Positions 12,369 through 26,536 of a stretch of DNA of 64,000 nucleotides are shown here, piece by piece. Position 1 is the stretch's first letter. The number at the start of each line of letters is the position of its first letter. The DNA is from Eukaryota sp. GEM-RC1 (lineage: Eukaryota): the NCBI GenBank assembly GCA_040285855.1, contig JAUFOQ010000001.1:3100001-3164000 (forward strand), written 5' to 3'. Under the pieces are notes generated by a model. It had not been told where the DNA came from. It saw only the letters and a list, made by a program, of their open reading frames with translations, and searched no databases. The position numbers were made by a program, and so were the translations under genes.

Positions 12369-15199
12369 TAGGCCTCACTAAAGTAGTTTACTGTGCTTTA
12401 AGCTTTACTTTACTTCAGCTATACAGATACTTTAAGGTCAATAAAGTGTGACCTCATCATTATCTCCTTTTTAAAAGTAGTCATAAATATTCATGTTCAT
12501 TTTTTCCCAATTACTTAGACTTCACTTAACTCTAAATTACAGAATTCAGTGTGTGAAGGATCGAGTGTTATCCAAAAATTAAGAAAAATTTCGACTGTTG
12601 TCATGGATGAAGTGGTTCCTCTCTTTAAAAGAAACAATCTTCAACTGTCAGGCTCTGCTTAATTTAAGGAGGTGACGAGACGTTTGAAGAGTCGACTGAG
12701 GTTTTCATTTTGGTTGTATTTAGGGTTGGTTTGTGTTGATTTGGCGGTTGCTACTTCACCCGTGTTTATATACTTTGTTTCATGATATGTGTTTATTTCA
12801 GCACAAATATCCGTTACTGTTTCTGAATTAATATGTGCTGCTATATTGATGCAATCATAGATTATTTTTGAAGTACTGAAAGTGTATAAATGAAATATAC
12901 TAAAAGAACTGTAGTTTGATATTATTAAAACAACACCCGTCGATTTCATAGTTTACTGCCACGTTGTCAAACAATTCGCCTTCAGGCAATATAGAAAATT
13001 TTCGTATTATCAAGTGATGTAACAATACGTCAAACATAATTGAAATGATGTTTGTAATATTATCTCACTACTATTGAGCAATAAAAATATATATTGTTGA
13101 AAATTGAAGAAATACAGTACAACCCAATTCACTATGATACGGTGGATTTAATTAAATTATATACTTTGTAAAAGGAAGTGTTCCTAAAGCAATAATGAAA
13201 ATCATCTATCGAATTCAACAACTGAATAACGTGTATCTCTCAATAATTTTCACCCCATTTGAAATATCATTTATTCTCCACTAGTATTTTAGAGCTAATA
13301 ATGATTTATTGTTAGTGGTATAACTTTTCAGGAACACGCAAATTGTTCCGTACCGATGCTAAGTTAGGCGTTTCATGCCAAACATACAGTACGGTACAAT
13401 AATTTGAGCGTTCAATGTATCATTCCAGGCCATTGAATCATCTGAAGTATCGGACCTACCAGAATCAGCCACAAAATTTGGAACATACTGGAAACCTCAT
13501 TGTACTACCAAATTTTAGAACCGTGACCCTTAACGAAACAGTTCTCGATACTTCTAAAACACGATGGACCGTGTTCTATGATGGGTGGAAAAACGTCGAC
13601 GATCAAACAATTGGTTCTGGTAGGAACGAAAATTGGCACAAACGTTCAGACCGTTTGGATAGCAACAGATAAAAACGAAATCTTGAAAGACGGAAAAAAC
13701 AGTATGTTACTGTTTTGTTTCTGACGATCTAGATGGTTTCTGATCTATTCTACAATAAAATTCACTTATGTGCTGAAGACAAGGCAGAAACCACTATCAT
13801 CCTAATCAAACTCTCTGGCTTATTTACTGATGTTACTCCAAATGATAAAGAAAGTAGGTAAGATCACATATGGCTCAGATTACATGGACCAATTTGTCAC
13901 TGATGAGAACATTGCATCCATCAATCACAAAAATACTTCGACATCAACCATGAGTGGACAACTGTGCAGTTGAAAGCAATGACTTTAGGAAGACAACAAA
14001 TGAAAGACGATTGAAACGACCTTCTTGGATTGCGTGAGTTAAACATCCCGGTTGATTAATAGAAAAAGCAACAAAAGGGGTGAGTCAAAATTCCTACTCT
14101 GCCTGGTGTCTCTGTACAGGAATAAATCGTTTTATTTAAAATCAACAATGTCCAATTTCGTGCTGAAACCACGCTATTTTGGGAATTGGAATTTCCAATC
14201 GGAGACAATTTTTTGAAAATCAATCAGCACATGAAAATGATTTCAAGTGATGAAAATTACTTTCATCACCAATTAATACAACATATTAGAACACTAAAAG
14301 TCCAGAAATTGAATTATGTGTGTAAGATGTTTTGCCGTTGTTATTAAGGTAATCTCGTGGTAAGATACAGGTGGAACACTAACATACACTAGATTAACTG
14401 CTTTGAATTCAGCAAATAAACCAGTGACTTCAGTGCAGATGATACAGAGTCACATTGGGAGAATAGAGGAAGTAATAAGAGAAGAATCCAAAGAGTAGGG
14501 TTTACGGCAGTAAAAGAGTATAGTTGCCATACACAGAAGACTCCAGCGTTTAGTCATTCCTGTTGAAGAAAGTGAACAAGAAGTAACTAGGAGATTCAGT
14601 TACAAGGCCAACATCACGTGGAATACTGACCCGTTCTCGTGTTATCGGTCTGAGATCAATAGAGGAGAAACCCTCATGGGAGTAGAGCAATCAATAACCC
14701 CCGTGGCAAAGAAACGATGACCAGGAAAATAACGCTTCGATTCAAGAAAGAGATTGGATGTAGTTATCTATAGTACAGGCAGGATTTCTTGAGAAGAAGA
14801 ACATGAACTATGACACTTATAAATTTTCTTGCAGTGACATCTATCCCCTCACCAAACAGTACAAGTACTTGTAACATGTGTAATGGATCCTCTTTTGGTA
14901 GATCCTTTCTATTTGATCATTATCAGAGCTGAACCGTAGAGTATACTTATCAAGTCGACAGTGATTTGCAATTGTATACTGATTTGAAGCCATTAATATG
15001 AATTAAGACCACCACTCTCAGTTAGTTCGGTAACCTTCTCTTTATCACATGTCATTATATTCTGGTGGTTTTATGACTCTGTAACTTGCTAGAATCTTCG
15101 TACTTGTATTATCTAGCTCATAAGAAAGACTCTCTTTCCGGAACCGTATAGAGATCTCAATATTGAGTGAAATTTATAAAACGAAAACAGTCAAATTCG

Positions 15200-15540
15200 T
15201 TTGGATCTTTCGAATCGGATTCGGATATTGGGCTTTCGGATTTGGGTTGGATTCTTTTCTTGATTACTCGGATTTAGGTTGGATTCTTTTCTTGATTACT
15301 CGGATTTAGGTTGGATTTTACATAAAAAAATCGACTGCAGATTATAGTGTAAAAATCCAGTGTTATTAATTTTGTGAAATGCGCCACATGTAGTACTGTC
15401 CAAATTCGAATCAGTTCAGTTCCGAACCAGTTCCAAAATGGTTCAAAGCAGTTCGGGTTCACTAATTTAGTCGGTTCAGGTTCTTGATATGTTGGAACTG
15501 AACCTGACTAGTTCCGAACTGGTTCAGAACCAGTTGGCTC
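15200..15540. repeat. Subterminal-type short repeats (31-bp direct repeat; CGGATT and GTTC/GAAC arrays), copy 1
   Basis: ggttggattcttttcttgattactcggattta occurs twice, followed by many ggttc/gaacc motifs typical of DNA-transposon ends. Confidence 0.65.
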
Positions 15541-16642
15541 ATCGAAATATAATCTGCTTTTAACAATGCATTTAAGCAATAAACAATAGTATTTAGGTCT
15601 TTATGTTTAAACCAATTTGTTGAATTAGATGTGTTAGATAACAATGCGATTCCATTTCCTTCCTTTGCATCATCATTGCTTATACAGTTTCCAGTTATTG
15701 ATGTTCTCAACACACCTCCTTCATCTCCACCACCAGCTATAGAGTCATCACAGTCTGTTCAAGCTGCTTCAGCGTTCTTTATGAAAACAAGAAGATCTTT
15801 TATTCACAGGTACACAACCAAACTGGATAATGGTAAAATTCTCACATACGTCAAAAACGCGCATTTTGACTCTGAGATTTTTTTTGATTTTTTTTGTGAT
15901 TTAGAATAATTCTCTAAATACAATAACAGTGATGCTGAACTCAAAATCAAAACAGTGTGTTGTAATACCTCTTTCGTTGGACAAATGTAAAGTTGTATTG
16001 TATACAGTTCAACGAACATTTTTTTGATATCACAATATGAATCGTTTTAAAATCAGTGAAGTTAGTCTGACTCAACCAAAACTTTTGATCAAAAGTCTGT
16101 TTGACCCATATTTACAAACAATGTAAATCGATACAAAACCATAAACGGTGAAAATTGGGTAATATACTGAATGAAATATGGTTTAAAGACCATTTATTAA
16201 GACACCAACGTCCACTGTGTGTCCTGAAAGTTGAAACACTCTAGTATGTGATCAACAGTAACAGTTTGTGAATGAGGTTGGTCAATGAGAAGAGGATGAG
16301 CGATTCCGAGCTCTCAACTCAGCTTAAAGACTTTCAATCAGTTCTGAACACAGTTTTGATCAAGAAAACATTACGTCGTACAAAGTGTTGTTTCAAACGA
16401 ATAGTTCCATGACGAACTGGTGGACACAATGATGACAATGAACTGTAGCTTCTGATACAACAGAACCTTTGGAAGGAGGTTGGTGTACAATTGTAGCGTG
16501 ATGCCAAATGATGTGGGATTTTGAGACATCTCGAAACGGGCATGGAATATAGACAATTACGAGTACATGTATCACTAAGACGAAAAAGATTCTTATTCAT
16601 GGGGTGTCTTAAGTTCGAAATCAAAAACCCATTTAGAATTGC

Positions 16643-18898
16643 ATGACAACACTGCTAAAAACACTTGGTCAATTTGTTCAAATGGTTAGAACTAGAAGAG
16701 CCAGCCGAACCGCCGCTCCTAAAGCTTCTCGCACAGAGACAACTTTACCTATCAAGCCCCTTGTAACAGTCTTGTCTGACCCCATTGAAATCGTTTTCCA
16801 GCTGTTTCTCAACAAGCAAAACGAGTTTCTTACTGACAGTTGTATAGTGATGCACGGTCAATCCTATCCTTGTCACTCTTCTTTTCTCTCTTCCTTCAGT
16901 CCAGTCTTGAAAGAAAAGCTACTCAGCTCCGATCCTGAAGTAAACTTCCCCCAGCTGGAGTCTATTGTTCCCGATGCCGATCTCTTCTTCCAAATCCTAG
17001 ACTACTGTTATGGACAACCCTTTCAACTTACTTTTGATAACGTTGGTTTTGTTCTTACCTTATGCTCTGCTCTTCGACTTTCCGCTTTAGTAGATGCCAT
17101 ACATCAGGTTATGTCTGAAGGATGCTGACTCAAATGTACGAAAGTTTACTTACAGTGAAGAGTTTACTGATGTTTCGGGATCAAATTTTGAGATATTTTT
17201 TAGATTTTTTCTTGGTGAATCATTTAATCTTGATTTAAATAATGTCGTTGATTTCTTTCAATTGTCTGTATATTTTTCTCTTCCTATCTTGGAAGACACT
17301 TGTCATTCCTTTGTTTCTTCTCTTACTTCTACCGCAGATATACTTACTTTGTTGAAAATTATTTCAGAACGAAATCTTTTTATTATTCTGAGCAAAAATT
17401 TAAATCTATTTGGTAAATTTGATAATTATCGAGATCTACCATCTCCATCTTCCTTACCTCTTTCATTTATTCTTCTTATAATTGAGGTGATGTCAAATTC
17501 ATGGGTGTTCCAATGTTTAACTTTATCCATCACCAATGAAGTTTTTGAACAAGACTACCATACATTGAGTCAAGTATTTGAAAAATTGTTGTGAATGATC
17601 AAAATATCAATGGAATATATACTTTGCTACGTCCATTGTTTGATCATAACTATCTTCATCAATTCCTATTCACTTGGTCAATGAATGTCTTTCAGGGGGT
17701 TCAAAATGTTCACGTCATCCCTGATGATTGGTTTTTGTGGTGTTTATCTCACAGTTGTTTGAATCACCGAAATCTGAAATTTTTAAGTAATCATTTTTTT
17801 GTTCAGAATTTCTCTTTGATAATTGAAGCAAGTGATCTTTCAAAGAATTCCAAACACCCTTTTCTTACTCCAGATGTTTTCCAAAATTTAAAAAATTCCC
17901 TATCCCCCTCTTATGATCTCTTTCTCATGAGTTGTTTTGTCAAAACATGGAAAGAAACAGAGTTACGGACAGTAAAGAATGTTGAAGACGAAATTCTAAT
18001 CATTGATTTTCAGTCAAGTGCAGACAATATTGAAATTCTAAATTTTCTATCAAAGTTGAGTACTGACTCTCGACTTTCTCCTCTTCTAAACGCAACCTTA
18101 CTAACTCAGTCTTTGAGTACTTTGAATCAACATCACCAACAGTTAAAATCATTGATGGATAGGATTCATCGACTTGAAAACGACCAAAAACAAATTCCCA
18201 TTGAGAATGTCTTCCATCCCGTGAGAGGATGATGACGTGAGAGGTAGATCTACTGACTCTTTCTCCAATCTTGCTTCTTTTTACTGGTCATTCTGTTTCC
18301 CAGAAACACACTGGAGTTGCTTCGACTAGTAATTTCAGTGGTGCTCTTTCAAAATCACTTGGTGATGGTCCCTTTAAGTGTTCAAGGGGAGATGAGTCTG
18401 ATGAAGAACATGTTCGAGGTGTACATTGGGATCCCGTATAATCCCAAGGATTAAACGGGATCGGTGTGGGAACGGGAGAGTCTATTTAGAACACGGAGAC
18501 GATCGATCCGTCATTAGTTTTACTTACGGGTTAGAAATTTGTTTTTAATTTTTGTTGTTTTACTGCAATGTTCTTGTGTGAAATTGATTTCATTTCTCGT
18601 CAGATTTTTGTATCATTGTTGAAGAACAATTGCACTCAATTGTCAATATATTCAACAACAATAATTGTTGATCAGCACTTTCCTTATCAAATAACAATAA
18701 TGTTGTAAAAAAGAATGGTTCCTTTAGTTATGGCAATAGTTTTGTAGAAGTTAATCTTTCAGACAATTGTTCTGTTAAATTTACAAGGTTAGATAATCTT
18801 CATGGTGATAGTTATACTGTCTATATTGGTTGGAAACTTAGAGGTAGATTTCAGTTTGATACTCTGAGTACTAGTATCTGTCTCAGAGTTGTGGTGAC
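16643..18898 (+). pseudogene. BTB-SPRY-like gene B, a chimera of gene C (5') and gene A (3')
   Basis: The 5' end MTTLL..MVRTRRASRTAAPK matches 23170. After FQLT it switches to the gene A sequence FDNVGFVLTLC and shares gene A's 170-bp deletion and insertion. ATG 16682 is an alternative start. Confidence 0.8.
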
Positions 18899-21729
18899 TA
18901 GGCCTCACTAAAGTAGTTTACTGTGCTTTAAGCTTTACTTTACTTCAGCTATACAGATACTTTAAGGTCAATAAAGTGTGACCTTATCATTATCTCCTTT
19001 TTAAAAGTAGTCATAAATATTCATGTTCATTTTTTCCCAATTACTTAGACTTCACTTAACTCTAAATTACAGAATTCAGTGTGTGAAGGATCGAGTGTTA
19101 TCCAAAAATTAAGAAAAATTTCGACTGTTGTCATGGATGAAGTGGTTCCTCTCTTTAAAAGAAACAATCTTCAACTGTCAGGCTCTGCTTAATTTAAGGA
19201 GGTGACGAGACGTTTGAAGAGTCGACTGAGGTTTTCATTTTGGTTGTATTTAGGGTTGGTTTGTGTTGATTTGGCGGTTGCTACTTCACCCGTGTTTATA
19301 TACTTTGTTTCATGATATGTGTTTATTTCAGCACAAATATCCGTTACTGTTTCTGAATTAATATGTGCTGCTATATTGATGCAATCATAGATTATTTTTG
19401 AAGTACTGAAAGTGTATAAATGAAATATACTAAAAGAACTGTAGTTTGATATTATTAAAACAACACCCGTCGATTTCATAGTTTACTGCCACGTTGTCAA
19501 ACAATTCGCCTTCAGGCAATATAGAAAATTTTCGTATTATCAAGTGATGTAACAATACGTCAAACATAATTGAAATGATGTTTGTAATATTATCTCACTA
19601 CTATTGAGCAATAAAAATATATATTGTTGAAAATTGAAGAAATACAGTACAACCCAATTCACTATGATACGGTGGATTTAATTAAATTATATACTTTGTA
19701 AAAGGAAGTGTTCCTAAAGCAATAATGAAAATCATCTATCGAATTCAACAACTGAATAACGTGTATCTCTCAATAATTTTCACCCCATTTGAAATATCAT
19801 TTATTCTCCACTAGTATTTTAGAGCTAATAATGATTTATTGTTAGTGGTATAACTTTTCAGGAACACGCAAATTGTTCCGTACCGATGCTAAGTTAGGCG
19901 TTTCATGCCAAACATACAGTACGGTACAATAATTTGAGCGTTCAATGTATCATTCCAGGCCATTGAATCATCTGAAGTATCGGACCTACCAGAATCAGCC
20001 ACAAAATTTGGAACATACTGGAAACCTCATTGTACTACCAAATTTTAGAACCGTGACCCTTAACGAAACAGTTCTCGATACTTCTAAAACACGATGGACC
20101 GTGTTCTATGATGGGTGGAAAAACGTCGACGATCAAACAATTGGTTCTGGTAGGAACGAAAATTGGCACAAACGTTCAGACCGTTTGGATAGCAACAGAT
20201 AAAAACGAAATCTTGAAAGACGGAAAAAACAGTATGTTACTGTTTTGTTTCTGACGATCTAGATGGTTTCTGATCTATTCTACAATAAAATTCACTTATG
20301 TGCTGAAGACAAGGCAGAAACCACTATCATCCTAATCAAACTCTCTGGCTTATTTACTGATGTTACTCCAAATGATAAAGAAAGTAGGTAAGATCACATA
20401 TGGCTCAGATTACATGGACCAATTTGTCACTGATGAGAACATTACATCCATCAATCACAAAAATACTTCGACATCAACCATGAGTGGACAACTGTGCAGT
20501 TGAAAGCAATGACTTTAGGAAGACAACAAATGAAAGACGATTGAAACGACCTTCTTGGATTGCGTGAGTTAAACATCCCGGTTGATTAATAGAAAAAGCA
20601 ACAAAAGGGGTGAGTCAAAATTCCAACTCTGCCTGGTGTCTCTGTACAGGAATAAATCGTTTTATTTAAAATCAACAATGTCCAATTTCGTGCTGAAACC
20701 ACGCTATTTTGGGAATTGCAATTTCCAATCGGAGACAATTTTTTGAAAATCAATCAGCACATGAAAATGATTTCAAGTGATGAAAATTACTTTCATCACC
20801 AATTAATACAACATATTAGAACACTAAAAGTCCAGAAATTGAATTATGTGTGTAAGATGTTTTGCCGTTGTTATTAAGGTAATCTCGTGGTAAGATACAG
20901 GTGGAACACTAACATACACTAGATTAACTGCTTTGAATTCAGCAAATAAACCAGTGACTTCAGTGCAGATGATACAGAGTCACATTGGGAGAATAGAGGA
21001 AGTAATAAGAGAAGAATCCAAAGAGTAGGGTTTACGGCAGTAAAGAGTATAGTTGCCATACACAGAAGACTCCAGCGTTTAGTCATTCCTGTTGAAGAAA
21101 GTGAACAAGAAGTAACTAGGAGATTCAGTTACAAGGCCAACATCACGTGGAATACTGACCCGTTCTCGTGTTATCGGTCTGAGATCAATAGAGGAGAAAC
21201 CCTCATGGGAGTAGAGCAATCAATAACCCCCGTGGCAAAGAAACGATGACCAGGAAAATAACGCTTCGATTCAAGAAAGAGATTGGATGTAGTTATCTAT
21301 AGTACAGGCAGGATTTCTTGAGAAGAAGAACATGAACTATGACACTTATAAATTTTCTTGCAGTGACATCTATCCCCTCACCAAACAGTACAAGTACTTG
21401 TAACATGTGTAATGGATCCTCTTTTGGTAGATCCTTTCTATTTGATCATTATCAGAGCTGAACCGTAGAGTATACTTATCAAGTCGACAGTGATTTGCAA
21501 TTGTATACTGATTTGAAGCCATTAATATGAATTAAGACCACCACTCTCAGTTAGTTCGGTAACCTTCTCTTTATCACATGTCATTATATTCTGGTGGTTT
21601 TATGACTCTGTAACTTGCTAGAATCTTCGTACTTGTATTATCTAGCTCATAAGAAAGACTCTCTTTCCGGAACCGTATAGAGATCTCAATATTGAGTGAA
21701 ATTTATAAAACGAAAACAGTCAAATTCGT

Positions 21730-22070
21730 TTGGATCTTTCGAATCGGATTCGGATATTGGGCTTTCGGATTTGGGTTGGATTCTTTTCTTGATTACTCGG
21801 ATTTAGGTTGGATTCTTTTCTTGATTACTCGGATTTAGGTTGGATTTTACATAAAAAAATCGACTGCAGATTATAGTGTAAAAATCCAGTGTTATTAATT
21901 TTGTGAAATGCGCCACATGTAGTACTGTCCAAATTCGAATCAGTTCAGTTCCGAACCAGTTCCAAAATGGTTCAAAGCAGTTCGGGTTCACTAATTTAGT
22001 CGGTTCAGGTTCTTGATATGTTGGAACTGAACCTGACTAGTTCCGAACTGGTTCAGAACCAGTTGGCTCA
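21730..22070. repeat. Subterminal-type short repeats, copy 2
   Basis: Duplicate of 15200-15540. Confidence 0.65.
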
Positions 22071-23169
22071 TCGAAATATAATCTGCTTTTAACAATGCAT
22101 TTAAGCAATAAACAATAGTATTTAGGTCTTTATGTTTAAACCAATTTGTTGAATTAGATGTGTTAGATAACAATGCGATTCCATTTCCTTCCTTTGCATC
22201 ATCATTGCTTATACAGTTTCCAGTTATTGATGTTCTCAACACACCTCCTTCATCTCCACCACCAGCTATAGAGTCATCACAGTCTGTTCAAGCTGCTTCA
22301 GCGTTCTTTATGAAAACAAGAAGATCTTTTATTCACAGGTACACAACCAAACTGGATAATGGTAAAATTCTCACATACGTCAAAAACGCGCATTTTGACT
22401 CTGAGATTTTTTTTGATTTTTTTTTGATTTAGAATAATTCCCTAAATACAATAACAGTGATGCTGAACTCAAAATCAAAACAGTGTGTTGTAATACCTCT
22501 TTCGTTGGACAAATGTAAAGTTGTATTGTATACAGTTCAACGAACATTTTTTGATATCACAATATGAATCGTTTCAAAATCAGTGAAGTTAGTCTGACTC
22601 AACCAAAACTTTTGATCAAAAGTCTGTTTGACCCATATTTACAAACAATGTAAATCGATACAAAACCATAAACGGTGAAAATTGGGTAATATACTGAATG
22701 AAATATGGTTTAAAGACCATTTATTAAGACACCAACGTCCACTGTGTGTCCTGAAAGTTGAAACACTCTAGTATGTGATCAACAGTAACAGTTTGTGAAT
22801 GAGGTTGGTCAATGAGAAGAGGATGAGCGATTCCGAGCTCTCAACTCAGCTTAAAGACTTTCAATCAGTTCTGAACACAGTTTTGATCAAGAAAACATTA
22901 CGTCGTACAAAGTGTTGTTTCAAACGAATAGTTCCATGACGAACTGGTGGACACAATGATGACAATGAACTGTAGCTTCTGATACAACAGAACCTTTGGA
23001 AGGAGGTTGGTGTACAATTGTAGCGTGATGCCAAATGATGTGGGATTTTGAGACATCTCGAAACGGGCATGGAATATAGACAATTACGAGTACATGTATC
23101 ACTAAGACGAAAAAGATTCTTATTCATGGGGTGTCTTAAGTTCGAAATCAACAACCCATTTAGAATTGC

Positions 23170-25415
23170 ATGACAACACTGCTAACAACACTTGGTCAAA
23201 TGGTTAGAACTAGAAGAGCCAGCCGAACCGCCGCTCCTAAAGCTTCTCGCACAGAGACAACTTTACCTATCAAGCCCCTTGTAACAGTCTTGTCTGACCC
23301 CATTGAAATCGTTTTCCAGCTGTTTCTCAACAAGCAAAACGAGTTTCTTACTGACAGTTGTATAGTGATGCACGGTCAATCCTATCCTTGTCACTCTTCT
23401 TTTCTCTCTTCCTTCAGTCCAGTCTTGAAAGAAAAGCTACTCAGCTCCGATCATGAAGTAAACTTCCCCCAGCTGGAGTCTATTGTTCCTGATGCCGGTC
23501 TCTTCTTCCAAATCCTAGACTACTGTTATGGACAACCCTTTCAACTTACTCTCAAAAACATGGGTCTTGTGCTCACTCTATGTTCTGCTCTTCAACTATC
23601 CTCTTTGTCTGATTCCATTCATAAGGTTGTTTCCGAAGGATTTTCCAAATCACGTCATCTTCAGTTGAAGTCTGAAGAAGCCTTGCAAACTATTAAATCA
23701 AGTGTTGAGCGAGATGTTATGTTGTCCTATAAGGATAAATCTCTATCCATTAGCTCCTTGGTTTTGATCTGTTCTTCTGAATATTTTAAAAATATGTTCT
23801 GTATGAATTTTGCGGACTCAAATGTACGAAAGTTTTCTTACAGCGAAGAGTTCACTGGTGTTTCCAATTCAAATTTTGAGACCTTTTTTAAGTATTTTCT
23901 AGGTGAATCATTCAATCTTGATTTAAATAATGTCGTTGATTTCTATCAATTGTCGACATACTTTTCTGTAGAGAAACTGAAGGAAACTTGTAACGCATGT
24001 GTTTCATCTGTTACTTCTACCACAAATATACTTGGTTTATTGAAAACTATTTCAGAACGAAATCTTTTAAATATTCTTAGGGAAAATTTACTTCTATTCG
24101 GGACATTAGACCGTGATCGAGATTTTCTACCTTCTTTCCCCTTACCTCTTTCATTCATTTCTCTTCTGATTGAGGTTATGTCAAATTCTTGGTTCTTGCA
24201 ATGTTTAATTTTATCAATCACCAATGAAGTTTTTGAAGAGGAATTTCACACTTTGAGTCAAATATTTGAAAAAATCATTGTGTATGATCAAAATATCCAA
24301 GAAATATACACTGGTTTACTTCCATTATTTGATCGGCATTACCTTCATCAATTCTTATTAACTTGGTCAATGAAAGTCTTTCAGGGGTTTCAAAATGTTC
24401 GCATCATCCCCAATGAATGGTTTTTGTGGTGTTTATCTCAAAGTTGTTTAAATCATAAGAGAAGTAACATCTCAAATAACGATTTTTTAGTTCAGAATTT
24501 CTCTTTGATAATTGAAGCAAGTGATCTTTCGAAGAATTTTATTCATCCGCATCTCAACCCAGAAATTTTCAAAAATTTAAAAAATTCCTTACCTCCCTCT
24601 TATGATCTCTTTCTCATAAATTGTTTTGTCAAAACATGGAAAGAAACAGAATTATGGACAGTAAAGAATTTTGAAGATGAAATTCTGATAGTTGATTTTC
24701 AGTCAAGTGCAGACAATATTCAAATTTTAAATATCCTATCAAAGTTGACTACTGATTCCCGAATCTCTCATCTTCTAAATGCAAGTTTATTAAATCACTC
24801 TTTAAGTACTTTGAATCAACATGACCAGGAATTAAAGGAAGTTAAACAACAAGTTCTTTCTCTAAGTACAGAGCTGAAAGAGCAGGTTGCATTTTTAAAA
24901 AATGAATTAATGTCTTTAACAGAATCTGTTATGAGTCAGGAAGATACAATTGAACTCATTACCAATATCTTCAACTCTAATAATTGTGGTTCATACCTTT
25001 CCTTATCAAATAACAATACTGTTGTTAAAAATAACGATTCCAGTGGACATGTCAATAATTTCGTAGAAGTCAATCTTGCATAAAATTGTTCTGTTAAATT
25101 TACACGGTTAGATAATCTTCATGAAGATGGTCAGCCTGACTTTATTGGATGGAAAGATAGAAGTAGACTTCAGAGTGGTTCCCTTCCTAATCCTTGTATT
25201 AGTCCTAGAGGTAACTTCTGGCAAGTTCTTTCTCCCCTTCAGATCCAAGTTTTTCTCACATTACCAAAGGAGAATCAATTACTGTTAGTTTTTCTAATGG
25301 TAAAGCTCATTTTGAACCTTCTACTTGTCTAACTACTTTTAGTGTTGTAATTCCTTGTAATTTGGTTTTTGGAATAAGAGTCTATGGTAAAAATCATAAA
25401 TGGAAAGTGGAACGT
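23170..25415 (+). CDS. BTB-BTB-helical-coiled coil-SPRY-like protein, gene C (637-aa ORF; the SPRY-like domain is cut by TAA at 25081 and a later frameshift)
   Basis: Two BTB motifs (TDSCIVMHGQSYPCHSSFL; RDVMLSYKDKSLSISSLVLICSSEYFKNMF). Homology to the 345-1208 C-terminus continues past the stop (NCSVKFTRLDNLHEDG..FIGWK..WKVER). Confidence 0.8.
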
Positions 25416-26219
25416 TGGGATTTTACTGGTCATTATTTTCGAATTTGAGTTGTTGTAATGTAATAGTTACATTACCATTTTGGAAGTAGTATCTACCACC
25501 CAAAAAGTGTAGAATACAACACTGCTTCGTGAAAGTTTATACGTTTCAGTCGAATATTTCGCCAAGAGAAATTCTATTTTCAATATGTAAAACGACTATA
25601 CTCTTTACAACTAATAGTTGTAAGGAGTGTCCAATGATGGAAGAAATGTGTTTACTCGTTGTTCGCAACAATTACAAGTAAAGAACATATAATGATTGTT
25701 TAGTTCCGAAATACTCCAACAGTATAAGTTTCTCGTAACACTAAAACCTCTAACTATTTGCTGACGTCAACCACAATGTCAAACGTTGAAATGCAAATGA
25801 TTCGTTATAACTGTGGGAAGAAGTTGGACTTGAGGTCTTTAAGCTCGATATCCCAGTTAGAGATCATTCCCATTTGCTTTAAGAATGTTGGCTGCTTCAG
25901 TCATTGTGTATTTGAATCTTCTCTTCATGCAACCAAATTGTTTTTTCAAACAAACACGTTACTTGTGGCTAGTGAAGATCTTCCTCAACTTGGTTCATTA
26001 ACTTCTCTGCATGGAGTTGATGTCTAATTTTTGTACTCATAAGTGGGACCTTGAATGTTGATCAATTTTTTAATTATTCTCCCTTAACTTATGGATTAAG
26101 GCACCACAATGACTTGCGGTTTCTCAGTAAGTTTCATTTAATCTTTCCTCGTCGTAATCAGCTTCTGTGTGTGGATTGATGGTTCCACTAGTGCTGCTAT
26201 TCTTTGTTCTTTGACTGTG

Positions 26220-26536
26220 ACGTTCAGTCAATTAATGAAACTTAATGATACGGTTATAAATATCAATCTAGGTAACACATATATAGTGGAAGTGGTTCTA
26301 CAGCTTTTTCAGAAGCGTTAGAAGTAAATACAACAATTACAAGAACTGATCTGAGTAGAATCTCTATTAAAGCTCAATGTGCTGAAGTCTTGGCAGAGGC
26401 GTTAGCAGTCAATACTACTGTAACAATTTTTGATTTAAGTTACAACTATATTAGAGATGAAGAAGCCAGAGCTTTAGGAGAGTCGTTAAACGTCAATGGT
26501 AAAATCAGTATACAGTTATATCAACAAATTGATTGA
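26220..26536 (+). pseudogene. Ribonuclease-inhibitor/NLRC3-type LRR fragment
   Basis: AFSEALEVNTTITRTDLSRISIKAQCAEVLAEALAVNTTVTIFDLSYNYIRDEEARALGESLNVN shows 28-aa LRR periodicity. It is frameshifted and missing from the ORF track. The decayed 5' part probably extends to ~25760. Confidence 0.75.

Larger units (their letters stand above)
10660..23550. repeat. Near-identical tandem segmental duplication (units ~10660-17031 and ~17032-23550)
   Basis: Identical ORFs recur at an offset of 6530 (12659/19189, 13415/19945). The offset is 6372 before the 157-bp indel. Only scattered SNPs and indels differ. Confidence 0.95.

Noticed and set aside
15200..15540. CRISPR-like array
   Set aside because: No constant repeat with unique spacers, no cas genes, and a eukaryotic context. 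It looks like transposon subterminal repeats.
12659..16624. Short ORFs found identically twice (96, 85, 62, 83 aa and others)
   Set aside because: The identity reflects the recent 6.5-kb duplication. They have no recognisable domains.
750..25415. Diversity-generating retroelement (TR/VR) explanation for the variable SPRY-like copies
   Set aside because: Differences are not confined to adenines of any one copy, and there is no intact reverse transcriptase nearby.
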